From: Myxococcota bacterium
GTDB lineage: Bacteria; Myxococcota_A; SURF-8
Direction of reading: 5' to 3'
Assembly: GCA_963674735.2 (NCBI GenBank)
Contig: CAXXQS010000002.1
Span: 1,952,001 to 2,016,000, forward strand
DNA: 64,000 nucleotides
Shown: in pieces, positions 39,297 to 49,441 of the stretch
Position numbering within the stretch: position 1 is the first letter of the stretch
Layout: each line of letters begins with the position of its first letter
Notes under the pieces: model-generated
Databases searched by the model: none
The model's input: the letters and a program-made list of their open reading frames with translations, nothing else
Told to the model about the DNA's origin: nothing
Made by a program: the position numbers and the translations under genes

Positions 39297-40283
39297 TTAT
39301 TTGAAAATAGTCGGAAGCTCAGGTAGCTCCTGCAAGTGCTGGTGATACCACGCAGCGGTTCGCTGAATACCTTCCTCAAGATCGATGTTGGCGGTAAAAT
39401 CGATCAATTCCCGTGACTTATCGATGCTTGGGATCCTTAGTTCGATATCGGAACTGAGCGCTTCTCTAAAGACAATACGCGATTGCGATCCGAGAACGCG
39501 ACAGACCATCTGAGCCAGTCCGAGGATCGTGATCGCCGCTCGCGCATTTCCGATGTTAAAAGATTCGCCGATGGCTCGCGGGTGTTCCATGACGTGCAGA
39601 ACGCCTTCAATCATATCGTCGATATAGCACCAGGCGCGGATCTGGGTGCCGTCTCCGAACACGATGAGGTCTTCGTTCAGGAGCGCTTTTCGGATGAAAA
39701 TATGCAAGGCGCCTTCGCCGACCTGGCCCGGGCCGTAAATATTGAATGGTCGCAAGGTGACGGTGGGCATGCCGTATTGGCGATGGTAGCTGAAGGAGAG
39801 ATGCTCGCCGGCCAGCTTGCTGACGGCGTAAATCCAGCGCGCTTCCCCGACGGCGCCGATGGAAGAACTGTCGTTTTCGGTGGAGCGGAAGGCCGCTGAA
39901 CCGAAAACTTCGCTGGTGGAAAAATCGATAAAACGCTTGAGTTTGGGAAGGGAGAGTGCGGCGCGCAGAACATTTCCCGTTCCCATCATATTGATTTCCA
40001 TGGTTTTGACGGGCATGCGCGCGACGGTATCGATTCCCGCAACGGCGGCCGCATGGACCACGTAATCAGCCCCTTGAATGGCCGTGGCCAGCGCGGTTTC
40101 GTCCAGAACGTCGCCTTTGATGATCGTCAGGCTGGGATGGTTGGCATAAGGCTTGCCGCTCAGGGCATCGCGGTCAAAGGTATCGAAGACGGTGATCGTG
40201 TTCTGTTCGATCAGGCGTTCGACCAAGGTCGAGCCGATAAACCCGCCGCCGCCGGTGATGAAAATATGTTGCCCTTCAATCAT
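39297..40283 (-). CDS. NAD-dependent epimerase/dehydratase (extended SDR)
   Basis: [29 protein letters not shown]. Confidence 0.93.
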   Translation of the reverse strand: MIEGQHIFITGGGGFIGSTLVERLIEQNTITVFDTFDRDALSGKPYANHPSLTIIKGDVLDETALATAIQGADYVVHAAAVAGIDTVARMPVKTMEINMMGTGNVLRAALSLPKLKRFIDFSTSEVFGSAAFRSTENDSSSIGAVGEARWIYAVSKLAGEHLSFSYHRQYGMPTVTLRPFNIYGPGQVGEGALHIFIRKALLNEDLIVFGDGTQIRAWCYIDDMIEGVLHVMEHPRAIGESFNIGNARAAITILGLAQMVCRVLGSQSRIVFREALSSDIELRIPSIDKSRELIDFTANIDLEEGIQRTAAWYHQHLQELPELPTIFK

Positions 40284-41388
40284 GGTTGTTCCCCTGCTTG
40301 GCGGTTAAAACATCGGTATTGGAAAGACGGTCTTCGGCTTCGATCAGTGTCAGCATGGCGCGTCCGAAGTTCCACTTTCCGAAAAAGCGCTCATACTGTT
40401 CCGATTCCAGGTAGGCGCGCATGGCATCGAGGTAGTCGTTGTAGCGGGCTTTGGTCATACCGTTCAGGTATCGATGTAGATCGGCGTAATCCTCGAAAGC
40501 GCGAACATCCACGAAGGTTTCGGCCGGGAAGTAGTCGGTTGGATTGACCGGTCCCCAATAGACCGGCACGGTTTCCCCGCGGAAGCAGTGCAGAATTTTT
40601 TCGGAAATATATCCGTAAACACCGATGCAATTTTCGAAACATAGATTGAATTTGTAGTGCGCCAGAACGGCCATCTTGTTTTCCACCTCACCCACGTAAG
40701 AATGGAAAAAGACCGGTTTCTTATGAGGCCAGCGTTGGACGACGCGCGCCGGATCGTTCAGTCCGCGACCGTAAACATGGAACTCGTCGGATGCCTGTTC
40801 GAAAAATTTGGAAGCTCGAAAACGTTCCGAATAAAGCTCCCGGTAGCTGTCATTGTTGGCATAGCGGTAGCTGTTCATCATCATCATGTAGCGCTTTTGT
40901 TCAAAGGGAATCGGCTTCCAGCCGCTCATGTCGGGGTATGCTTTTCCTTCGGAGATGCGGAAGAACCGGCGGTTGTCGATCAGGTCGTCCTGGTGGGTGA
41001 GGATGCGCCGAAACATCCCCGTCAGCTTCATCAATTCATGGCGTGTATTGGTTGAGTGAATCACCGGAGGCTCGTAGGCCACGAAATAGCAGGGGATATC
41101 CAGTTCGCGGCATTTTTTGTAGAGATCCGGATTGGGGCCGTAGAGTCCGAAAAACACCGCTTTATCCACGCTTCGCAGATCGCTGTATTGATCGTAGGTG
41201 TGTACGTTGACACCGTGGTCGTTCAGATACTGCTTCATGTTCAGCCAGACATGCAGCAGTTTGTCGTGATTCAGGACGCTGGTTTCGTCGAAAATGGCGT
41301 CGCCGTTGTAAATCTCTCCATCCAGAAACAGAGCGAGATTCAGTGTTTTCTCGTTCGAAGCATCATTTTTCGGTTTCATCGCGGCCAC
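40276..41388 (-). CDS. glycosyltransferase family 10 (fucosyltransferase-like)
   Basis: YKFNLCFEN...GYISEKI...VPVYWG GT10 motif; EPP upstream. Confidence 0.85.
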   Translation of the reverse strand: MAAMKPKNDASNEKTLNLALFLDGEIYNGDAIFDETSVLNHDKLLHVWLNMKQYLNDHGVNVHTYDQYSDLRSVDKAVFFGLYGPNPDLYKKCRELDIPCYFVAYEPPVIHSTNTRHELMKLTGMFRRILTHQDDLIDNRRFFRISEGKAYPDMSGWKPIPFEQKRYMMMMNSYRYANNDSYRELYSERFRASKFFEQASDEFHVYGRGLNDPARVVQRWPHKKPVFFHSYVGEVENKMAVLAHYKFNLCFENCIGVYGYISEKILHCFRGETVPVYWGPVNPTDYFPAETFVDVRAFEDYADLHRYLNGMTKARYNDYLDAMRAYLESEQYERFFGKWNFGRAMLTLIEAEDRLSNTDVLTAKQGNNHD

Positions 41389-44300
41389 CTCCCATCCAGA
41401 TCGTCCGGTCGGATTGGGGGGCCACCCGGATCGAGCCAGGCCGGATCGAAGGGGAAGATCGGGTTTTTCGATACCATGATGTTTCCGTATCCACTGGCAT
41501 CGATGTTCAGGTTGAGCTGTTTGTCTTGTGCTTTGAAGCTTTCCAGGTGCAGCCCTAAAAGATCGTTTCCGGGATGTTGGAAGCAGATGCCGTGAATAAA
41601 GCCGCGCTCAAAAAGATGGTGCAGGACTTCGGCCATTTTTTTTCCCAGACGAATGTGATACTCAAACAGGATATAGTCGATGCGCGGGTACCAATCGTCA
41701 CGAAGTCCCTCCAGCACCTTCAGCTCGTGACCCTCAACGTCGATTTTAAGCAACGATACCTGCTGAATTCCTTTCCTGTCGAGCAGATCGTCCAGACGAC
41801 GTAAACGCACCGACTGGCTGCCGTGGTTGTCCGAGTAGCGAAATTTAAGGACATTCCGGGTGTCGGAATCCAGGGTGTTGAAGCCGCGTTCGTTGCCGAT
41901 GCATAACGAGCCTTTTCCGTTTTGGTCTGAGCAGGCGCAATGGACATAGGCCGCTCGTTCGCCGAATGCGGCGGTTTTTTGCTTGAGCGTGGGGATCAAG
42001 GTTTCATCGGGTTCAATGGACAAGACCCGGTGGCCCCAATCAAGAAAGGCGTGGCTGACGTCCCCCAGATTGGCTCCGACATCCACCACCCAGGCGTCGG
42101 ATTTCTTGTTGCGGATCACATAGCCTGCGATAGCCATCTCCTTTTCGGAGAAATCGGCGGGTAAGGGGGGATACATTTCGATGTAGCGGGAATATTTTTG
42201 AAGCTCACTGGAAAGTCCGGCGACTTCGTGAGCATGTAAGGCGAGATCCAGGTGTCGCGGTTCGATATCCGCCGACGTCATCAGACGTCCGGCGGCTGCG
42301 GCAGCCGAAGTGAAGTCATCGACCTGCAGGCGCGCGAGCCCCAATCGCCATAAAGACTCGAAATCGCGCGGGTCTTCCTTGAACAGCATATCGAAAAAAC
42401 CCGATGCGTCGGCAAAGCGTTGAAGGTTCATGAGCGCCATTCCGACCGTGAAACGTAGAGCGGAATCTTGCGGAATGATCCCCATGGCGATGTTTAGCGC
42501 TTGCATGGCTTCGAGCGGTTTGTTCAGGTTGAGGTTGGCGATACCGACCAGCATGGCAGCCGTGCCTTCCAGACCGGCCGGGGGAGCGCTTGATGCTTCG
42601 CTCAACAAAGCCTGCCAATCCGATTCGGCAAGGAAGCGCTGCATGCGGTCGATCCAGGGAAAATGCAAGCGCGGGTCGGTCAATGCGTCGGCGATCGGCG
42701 CGAGAAGTGTGTAGGGAAGATGATTGATGTCGGCGATGTCGCCGGAGGCACATTGTTCGGCTACATACCAGCGTAAAAGACGGGGTGCGTCTTGCATCTT
42801 GTTTTTGACGGCATTGATGTCCGGCTTCTTACCAGATAATAGCGATAATTCCAATTCAAGGGCCGTCGATTCGATTTTCGCTTTAAATCCCGGGCTTGTC
42901 AGGATTTTGTCCCCGATTGCAGGGGGTTCCGCCCCATCCAACCAAGCGGCCAACCAAGCACCGGCGTGTTTGCCGAATGCATCTTGCCGCAGCCAGCAGG
43001 CAAAAGGTGGAGGATCGTCCGAGGCGTACTTGTTCGGAATGAGATTCAAGGCGGCAAATGGGATGTTCTGCGCATCCGGCGTATTAAGCGCCATCGCGAG
43101 CGCATCGAATGCATTGGGTTCGAGGATCAAACCTTCGCGTATGGAACCGATCCAGACAGTGCGGCTTTCGTCTTTAGTATGAACCAGGTATTCCTCAAGT
43201 TCGAGGCGGTTTCGAAAACCCCGCAGGGTGAGGCCGGTTTCAGGATCGGTATAGCGTGTGTCGATGGGAAAGGGAAACAGTACCTCGATGGGTTCATCCT
43301 TTCCGGCGTCGGTCAAGGCACGAATCGCGGGGGCGGCCAGAACCGCCTGAAGCGATTGAATGGTTGGGGAATAGACGATTCGCCAGGCGATGGGTGGATC
43401 TTCTTCATTGACCCGTTGCTCGTTTTGTGTCGGTCCGAGTCCGAGTGCGACATAGCGAAAATTCGCCGGAGGATCGTTTTTAAACCAACGCCAGCTATCC
43501 ACCAGAAGGCGCGGGGCGGCCATGCAATCGGCCAGACGCGGCCAGTCCAGTTCGATGAACTGCGGCCAGCTTGTCAGCAGGATCAGCGCCGATGCTCCTT
43601 CCGCCGCGGTATAGGGATCGGATTCATAGCGGACCTGCTTACCCAGTTCATTTTCGGCGGCCTTCAACGCCTTGGGATCGTGCAGCACGACTTCGTAGCC
43701 CGCATCGGCCAGGCGCACGGCCAATTGCAAAGATTGGGACGCTTCCACGATGTGAGTGGACGGTTTGTAAGATAAACCGAACAGAGCCACGCGGCTTCCG
43801 GCCGGGAGGGTTTGCGTGACCGATTCTTCGAGTCGAGCGACGACGCGCTGGTTGATCGCGACGACATGGGGCGCCAGATTGGCCTGCATACCCAGGTTTT
43901 CGACAAAACGCTGAAAGGCGATATTGTCACGAGGGAAACAGGGACCGCCGAACCCCAGACCGCCCTTGATGTATTTCGATCCTACCCGTGTGTCGGCGCC
44001 GATGGCTTCCGAAACGGCATCCACGTCCGCACCGGGTACCTTTTCACAGATGGCCGCCAGTTCGTTGGCGAAGCTGATTTTGGTGGTGACGTAGCAGTTG
44101 AGGCTCAGTTTGGTGATTTCGGCGTTGACCAGCGACATGATGGCGTAGTGCGGCTTGTTTTTCACCATGCGTGCATACAGGCTACGCAGTGCGTTGCCGG
44201 TTTGGGAGTCCGAACCGCCGATCAGCACCATATCGGGGTTGAAAAAATTATGGACGACCGAGCCGAGGGCAATGAATTCCGGATTGTAGGCCAACCCGAA

Positions 44301-44741
44301 ATCGATGCCGCAGCGTTTACCCGACAATTCTTCCAGAAGCGGTTTGAATGAACCGTCGCAACTGCCGGGCATGACGGTTGAAACGACATCGACGATATGG
44401 AAACGATCCTTTTCGGCTAAAAGCGGTCCGATGGCGCGCAGCACGGTTTCCACCATGGCATTGGTGAATGCACCCGAATCGGTCGAGGGGGTGGGGACGA
44501 TGATCAGTGTCGCCTCGCTGTTGGCAATGGCATCGCCGAGATCGTCGGTTACGCGCAGGTGATCCCAGGCTTGTTCCAGCAGGTCGGTCAATCCGGTTTC
44601 GTCGATCGGGTTCTCACGGCGGGACAGTGCTTCGAGAATGGCGGGGTTACTATCGACTCCGATTACCTTGACCCCGGCGGAGGCAAAGCAGGCCGCCGTG
44701 CAGAGCCCCAGTTTTCCGAGCCCGATTACCGAAATATCCAT
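41376..44741 (-). CDS. nucleotide-sugar dehydrogenase fused to TPR-like region and FkbM-family methyltransferase
   Basis: GLGKLG, VPTPS, YNPEF, GFGGPCFPRD in the first ~430 aa; helical TPR-like segment; VDVGANLG...LLKIDVEGHE at the C-terminus. Confidence 0.88.
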   Translation of the reverse strand: MDISVIGLGKLGLCTAACFASAGVKVIGVDSNPAILEALSRRENPIDETGLTDLLEQAWDHLRVTDDLGDAIANSEATLIIVPTPSTDSGAFTNAMVETVLRAIGPLLAEKDRFHIVDVVSTVMPGSCDGSFKPLLEELSGKRCGIDFGLAYNPEFIALGSVVHNFFNPDMVLIGGSDSQTGNALRSLYARMVKNKPHYAIMSLVNAEITKLSLNCYVTTKISFANELAAICEKVPGADVDAVSEAIGADTRVGSKYIKGGLGFGGPCFPRDNIAFQRFVENLGMQANLAPHVVAINQRVVARLEESVTQTLPAGSRVALFGLSYKPSTHIVEASQSLQLAVRLADAGYEVVLHDPKALKAAENELGKQVRYESDPYTAAEGASALILLTSWPQFIELDWPRLADCMAAPRLLVDSWRWFKNDPPANFRYVALGLGPTQNEQRVNEEDPPIAWRIVYSPTIQSLQAVLAAPAIRALTDAGKDEPIEVLFPFPIDTRYTDPETGLTLRGFRNRLELEEYLVHTKDESRTVWIGSIREGLILEPNAFDALAMALNTPDAQNIPFAALNLIPNKYASDDPPPFACWLRQDAFGKHAGAWLAAWLDGAEPPAIGDKILTSPGFKAKIESTALELELSLLSGKKPDINAVKNKMQDAPRLLRWYVAEQCASGDIADINHLPYTLLAPIADALTDPRLHFPWIDRMQRFLAESDWQALLSEASSAPPAGLEGTAAMLVGIANLNLNKPLEAMQALNIAMGIIPQDSALRFTVGMALMNLQRFADASGFFDMLFKEDPRDFESLWRLGLARLQVDDFTSAAAAAGRLMTSADIEPRHLDLALHAHEVAGLSSELQKYSRYIEMYPPLPADFSEKEMAIAGYVIRNKKSDAWVVDVGANLGDVSHAFLDWGHRVLSIEPDETLIPTLKQKTAAFGERAAYVHCACSDQNGKGSLCIGNERGFNTLDSDTRNVLKFRYSDNHGSQSVRLRRLDDLLDRKGIQQVSLLKIDVEGHELKVLEGLRDDWYPRIDYILFEYHIRLGKKMAEVLHHLFERGFIHGICFQHPGNDLLGLHLESFKAQDKQLNLNIDASGYGNIMVSKNPIFPFDPAWLDPGGPPIRPDDLDGRWPR

Positions 44742-44773
44742 GGTGCGGGATCCCCTTCCTGAACCGAATATCG

Positions 44774-45985
44774 CTATATGAATTTATAGGTCATACTGTC
44801 GTTCAGGATGACCTGCTCGTAGATTTCATTATGGGGTTGATAGGTGCAGCGTGGACATTCCGCGCAGACATTCACCGAATCGAGGACGTTCCAGTGAGCC
44901 TCGTTCCCCCAGACCTGGTTGATTTTGGCCGGATCGGTGCACTGTCTCAGAAGTTCCAGCTTGGGATCGCCGCGCCGATCGCAACACAAGCCGAGATTGA
45001 AGGCATCCTCCGGGGCGGATGGGTCCATGGGCGCCATGACGACGGCCGTCATGAACACCGCATAGCAACGATCGAAGTAGTTGGCGCGGGTGAACTGCGA
45101 GTTGAATTTATGGGTGACGCCGAAAACACCGAAGTTCTCATCGCTGTATTCGACGGCCTCGGCGATCTGTTCACGAAACAACTCAATCTGCTCAGGGGAG
45201 AAACTGATTTCCTGCTCGCCGCCGATTTTATCCCAGGTTGTGGATGCCGGACGGAAGTGGATGTTTTTGCAGCCGATTTCCTTCGCCAGCTTGGTAGCTT
45301 GGACGATCTCGCCGATGTTATCTTTGTAGAGCAGGTATTTGAAGCTGACGCCGTAGGCCGGGTGCGGCATTCCCAACCGCGTGTTGTGGCGGCGGGCGTA
45401 ATCGGCCAGAAGCTCGATGTTGGTGATGACGGTATCGAAGATGTTTTGTTCGGGTCGCGTGCCCTTGTAGGCGTCGAAGGTTTTGGCCGTTCCCGCATCG
45501 ACCGACACGCCCACCCACGTGCACTGGGACAACGCATCGACATTTTTGTGAATCAGGCTGCCGTTGGTGACGAGTCCGATTTCGATATCCTTGCGCGACA
45601 GGCGGTCGATGAAACTGGAGGTGGCCGGGTTGAGTAAGGGCTCTCCACCACCTGCGACACACACGGCCTTTACACCCGGTTCCACATCGGGGACGTTCGG
45701 CCCCCAACTCGGCAGGAAGTCGGCCAAAGCCAGCAGTGTTTTTTTCGAGATCGAGTCGCGCGGTTTTTTTCGCACGAATTCGGCGTTGCACCATTCGCAG
45801 TCGAAGTTGCAGCGGTTGGTGGGGTCTACCGTGATCAGGATGGGCGCGGGGATCGGTCGGCCACGCTTGATGTGGCTCCAACGGTGGACGTGGGCCAGAA
45901 GCTTGTAGCTGTTGAATGGATTCCAGCGCTTGCTGGGATGCCATTCCAAAGAAGGCTTACTCGCGACCTTTTCGTTATCGGCCAT
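44774..45985 (-). CDS. radical SAM protein
   Basis: CNFDCEWC, GGGEP, TNG, C-terminal C...CCD...CPRC cluster. Confidence 0.9.
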   Translation of the reverse strand: MADNEKVASKPSLEWHPSKRWNPFNSYKLLAHVHRWSHIKRGRPIPAPILITVDPTNRCNFDCEWCNAEFVRKKPRDSISKKTLLALADFLPSWGPNVPDVEPGVKAVCVAGGGEPLLNPATSSFIDRLSRKDIEIGLVTNGSLIHKNVDALSQCTWVGVSVDAGTAKTFDAYKGTRPEQNIFDTVITNIELLADYARRHNTRLGMPHPAYGVSFKYLLYKDNIGEIVQATKLAKEIGCKNIHFRPASTTWDKIGGEQEISFSPEQIELFREQIAEAVEYSDENFGVFGVTHKFNSQFTRANYFDRCYAVFMTAVVMAPMDPSAPEDAFNLGLCCDRRGDPKLELLRQCTDPAKINQVWGNEAHWNVLDSVNVCAECPRCTYQPHNEIYEQVILNDSMTYKFI

Positions 45986-46036
45986 GTCAGAATCCTGTCA
46001 TCCGCTGTTGCTAAAACCTCTACTCCCGTATTGTGT

Positions 46037-46052
46037 AGCAAATCCCATGCCG
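46037..46052 (-). promoter_or_regulatory. putative sigma54 (-24/-12) promoter
   Basis: minus strand CGGCATGGGATTTGCT (GG-N10-GC), about 50 nt upstream of the first gene of the 37.2-46.0 kb operon. Confidence 0.55.
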
Positions 46053-46254
46053 AGTGGGTGCCATTCGAACAATCATACTCGATTACTGGCGATAGATTTA
46101 AATAGAGTCTGGAATAACAGCTAGATAGACGTTCATACTTCGCGGAAAATTCTCGCTTTCATCTCTTCAGGAAAAGCAACGTTCTGAAACTGGCGATAAA
46201 TAGCGAAAAAACCATCGTTTTTTTGACAATTCGATGTTGGGTCTTCGATACCGC

Positions 46255-47319
46255 TTATGTCTTACGGGCGGCGATGAAAGCAGGGTCGAAAATCGGGCTA
46301 TCCACACCGGAAATGATCTCGACTCCTGCATTATGGGCACAACTTGTCCAATCCATCGTCATGCGAGAACGGGTGGTGACAAACGACTCCATATTGCGGA
46401 TCAGGTCGATGGTGGAAACGGGTGGTTCAGTGGTGACGACCACATCGGCATACTCAGGTGTATCCGGCATGGCCGATTGCAAGCGGGCAAGATTTTGAGG
46501 TAGTTGTTCATCGTTGGGAAGATTGAGCACGAGTGAAACGTCGTCTTTTTCGTCAAATACGTCTAAGTAGGCTTGGACCACTTTCGGCCACACCGGATAC
46601 GGGTCTTCGAAATCGGGCATCAGCAACACGGTATGGCGACGGCGGTCCAGCGTGACGGGTTCCGCTGCGGGCGGAGGTTCGTAGAAGCGTTCGAGAAAGG
46701 CATCTATATCATCGGCAAACAGCGATTTGTTGGCTTCTAGCTTGTCGTTTTCCCAATTCCACCAGCGCATGGCGAGCAGTTTTTCGATTTGCTCATCCGT
46801 GAAGCGTTTTCGCACCAGGGTCATGGGATTCCCCACCGCGATCGTGTAGGGCGGAACGTCTTTCGAGACGACGGTCCTGGCCCCGATGACGGCGCCGTTG
46901 CCGATACGGCGTCCAGCCATCAGGACTGCACCGTTGCCGATCCAGACATCGTGGCCGATTAGGATTTGACCTCGCCGTTTCATTTCGGGACGTACAGGCA
47001 GGTAGGGCGAGGTGCTGACGGCTTGATGATCGTAGTCGCGGTTGATCAGAGCGGTTACTTGGTGACCGATCGAGCAGTAGTTGCCGATCTGCAGGTTGAT
47101 GATTTCGTCTTCCTTGTTCATATGCACCAGCAGCTCGTTCGAGTAACTGAATTTTCCAAACGCACCGATCGTGAAATCCGGTTTGCTGCCGTTCGTGATG
47201 GACAGCGCGCGCGTTTCAGGCGCATAGGTAAGCGTAATCGGGAAAATCATCAGGCCTCCATAGCGTTGAGCACGATGCGAAATCATACCGTATTTATCTT
47301 CAAAGCTCCAGATTTTCAC
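46255..47319 (-). CDS. CatB/Vat-family hexapeptide O-acetyltransferase with extra C-terminal domain
   Basis: IGNYCSI, IGHDVWIG, IGNGAVIGA, VPPYTIAVGNP, RF...LLAMRWWNW; C-terminal AYLDVFDEKDDVSLVL resembles a GT-B fragment. Confidence 0.85.
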   Translation of the reverse strand: MKIWSFEDKYGMISHRAQRYGGLMIFPITLTYAPETRALSITNGSKPDFTIGAFGKFSYSNELLVHMNKEDEIINLQIGNYCSIGHQVTALINRDYDHQAVSTSPYLPVRPEMKRRGQILIGHDVWIGNGAVLMAGRRIGNGAVIGARTVVSKDVPPYTIAVGNPMTLVRKRFTDEQIEKLLAMRWWNWENDKLEANKSLFADDIDAFLERFYEPPPAAEPVTLDRRRHTVLLMPDFEDPYPVWPKVVQAYLDVFDEKDDVSLVLNLPNDEQLPQNLARLQSAMPDTPEYADVVVTTEPPVSTIDLIRNMESFVTTRSRMTMDWTSCAHNAGVEIISGVDSPIFDPAFIAARKT

Positions 47320-47437
47320 GTGGTTTGTCTTCTTTGAAAGGTATCGGCTTGGCGCTCCGTCTCTGTTGGAGTATGATGCTCCGTACGACTGAATCAGCGA
47401 TCGTGACGTCCTTGGACGCGAGGGTAAGGGAGGTTCT

Positions 47438-48772
47438 GTGGCCGATAAACCAACACTTCAAAAGGCCGAGGCATGTTTTGAAGCCGGTGATTTCGCGGGC
47501 GCGCGCACGATCTTAAAGACGCTTTTAGCCGATGATCCGAATCAGGCAGAGCTGCTGAATGCTTTGGGGGCGGTGGAGGCGCAGGCCGGGAACCTGGAGG
47601 CTGCGGTCGCTTGGCTTGAGCGGTCTTTCAAACTCGATCCGACCGACCGTGATGCCGGTCTCAACTTGGCCGCTGTCCTTCGCGAACTGGGGCGTCCCGG
47701 TGCGGTTCTCGACGTGCTCGATTCCCTGGCGACGGTTCATTCCGACGATCCCGATCTTATCGCCATGCGGGATGTCTGTGCCCGGGAGACCGACGTCTCC
47801 TCCAATGTCTCCCACTTGGCGGCGCGTCCCAAGATGGCCTTGCTTTGCATACGCGGCATGGAGAATTTCATCGGCGATATTGCCGAGCATTTCGGTCAGT
47901 ACTATGAATGTCGCCAGGTTGTGAGCCTCAATCAGCGCGACTTTGCTGAGGCAGCGGCCTGGGCTGACATCGTTTGGATCGAGTGGGCCAATCAACTGGC
48001 TATCGACTTAACCAAGCATCCGACCCTGTTAGATGGAAAAACGGTCGTTTGTCGTCTTCACAGCTACGAAGCCTATGCGGGGTTTGTGCCGCAGATCGAC
48101 TGGTCTAAAATCGACACGTTGATTGTGGTGGCTGCCCACATCCGCGAACATGTGATGGCGCAAGTTCCCGATATTATGAAAAAGGTAAATGAAATCACCG
48201 TGATTCCATCGGGGATCGATCTCGACCGTTTTCCTTTTCGCAAACGAAGTGCGGGGCCGCATGTGGCCTATCTGGGCAGTATCAATTACAAAAAAGGGCC
48301 GATGCTGCTATTTCATGCCTTCCATGCCCTCACAAGCGCTCACCCGGAGTTCCGTCTGTCTATCGGTGGAGACATCCAGGATGCCCGTTATCACTATTAC
48401 TTCGAACAGCTCAGCCACGAAACCGGGATCGCCGATCGCATTCACTTTGATGGCCACATTGCCGATGTGCCGGGCTGGTTGGAAGACAAAGACCTGATTG
48501 TGTGTAGTTCTGTGCTGGAGAGCCAGTATCTGGCTATCATGGAAGCGATGGCATGCGGAATCAAACCGGCGATTCACAACTTTGTGGGAGCCTCGGGTAT
48601 CTACCCCCGCGAGTACCTGTGGAACACCATCCCCGAATTTGTCGGCATGGCGACCAACCAAGAGTATAAGTCGTTGGAATATCGCGAGTTTATACAAAAC
48701 AATTACGAAATGAAAAAGCAGTTGGAGGCTCTGTCCACTCTCGTTGAGAGGCGTTTGGGAATTGGCCGCTAG
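47438..48772 (+). CDS. TPR-containing glycosyltransferase (GT-B, family 4-like)
   Basis: N-terminal TPRs (ELLNALG, NLAAVL); KKGP and SVLESQYLAIMEAMACG GT4 motif. Confidence 0.85.
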   Translation: MADKPTLQKAEACFEAGDFAGARTILKTLLADDPNQAELLNALGAVEAQAGNLEAAVAWLERSFKLDPTDRDAGLNLAAVLRELGRPGAVLDVLDSLATVHSDDPDLIAMRDVCARETDVSSNVSHLAARPKMALLCIRGMENFIGDIAEHFGQYYECRQVVSLNQRDFAEAAAWADIVWIEWANQLAIDLTKHPTLLDGKTVVCRLHSYEAYAGFVPQIDWSKIDTLIVVAAHIREHVMAQVPDIMKKVNEITVIPSGIDLDRFPFRKRSAGPHVAYLGSINYKKGPMLLFHAFHALTSAHPEFRLSIGGDIQDARYHYYFEQLSHETGIADRIHFDGHIADVPGWLEDKDLIVCSSVLESQYLAIMEAMACGIKPAIHNFVGASGIYPREYLWNTIPEFVGMATNQEYKSLEYREFIQNNYEMKKQLEALSTLVERRLGIGR

Positions 48773-49004
48773 AGATTGCTCGTGTCTGGGGCATTGCTTT
48801 TTTACTGGCATGTAAGTATAATAATGAAAAACACAGGATTTGGGGTTACAAAAAGCTTGCATTGGTCGATCATTAATGGTAGGTAAATAGGTCAAGAGGT
48901 AATGAGGTATACCGGATTTTGGGAATAACGGCGATTCATGTTCCCTCTTACCTTGCAGGACGCCATTTTTCAATTGAAGTTGTACAGCTTGAATAGGTGA
49001 AATC

Positions 49005-49220
49005 ATGGGTATGATTTCCAGCATTGCCGCTTCAACCACAGCCAACACACGGTCCATCACCGCGCAGAAGAGCGAGATCGCCCTAGTCAAGAAAGCCCTG
49101 GATGCACAGAAGGCGAAAGGCAAGGCCGTTATCTCGTTGATCGAACAAAGCCGACTGCCGCCGGATCGCTTGGATCTGAGCGGGTCCGCCCCCGGTAGCC
49201 GTCTGAATGTTTATGCCTGA
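49005..49220 (+). CDS. YjfB-family (putative motility) small protein
   Basis: VKKALDAQ...LI...GSRLNVYA pattern, 71 aa, AGGTG RBS. Confidence 0.7.
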   Translation: MGMISSIAASTTANTRSITAQKSEIALVKKALDAQKAKGKAVISLIEQSRLPPDRLDLSGSAPGSRLNVYA

Positions 49221-49441
49221 GCGGTATGGTCGCTGATCTTCTCTTTCAAACGAACGCTCGCTTTCTCATCCGATCCATCATTCCCTAAATAGCTTCAACC
49301 TATTGTAAATTCAGCCATATTAAAACGGAATCGCTTGAATTGGCTCATGAACGCACTCGTGCAGACTGCGCCTGTCGAGTCCGGCTTGCGTTGGAGAGAC
49401 GAATGACGTATACTCAGTAGACTAAAAAGGAGGCCTGATCC

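Noticed and set aside
48775-49004. AT-rich stretch ahead of the YjfB-like gene read as a sigma28 promoter or sRNA
   Set aside because: No convincing TAAA-N15-GCCGATAA match and no clear secondary structure.
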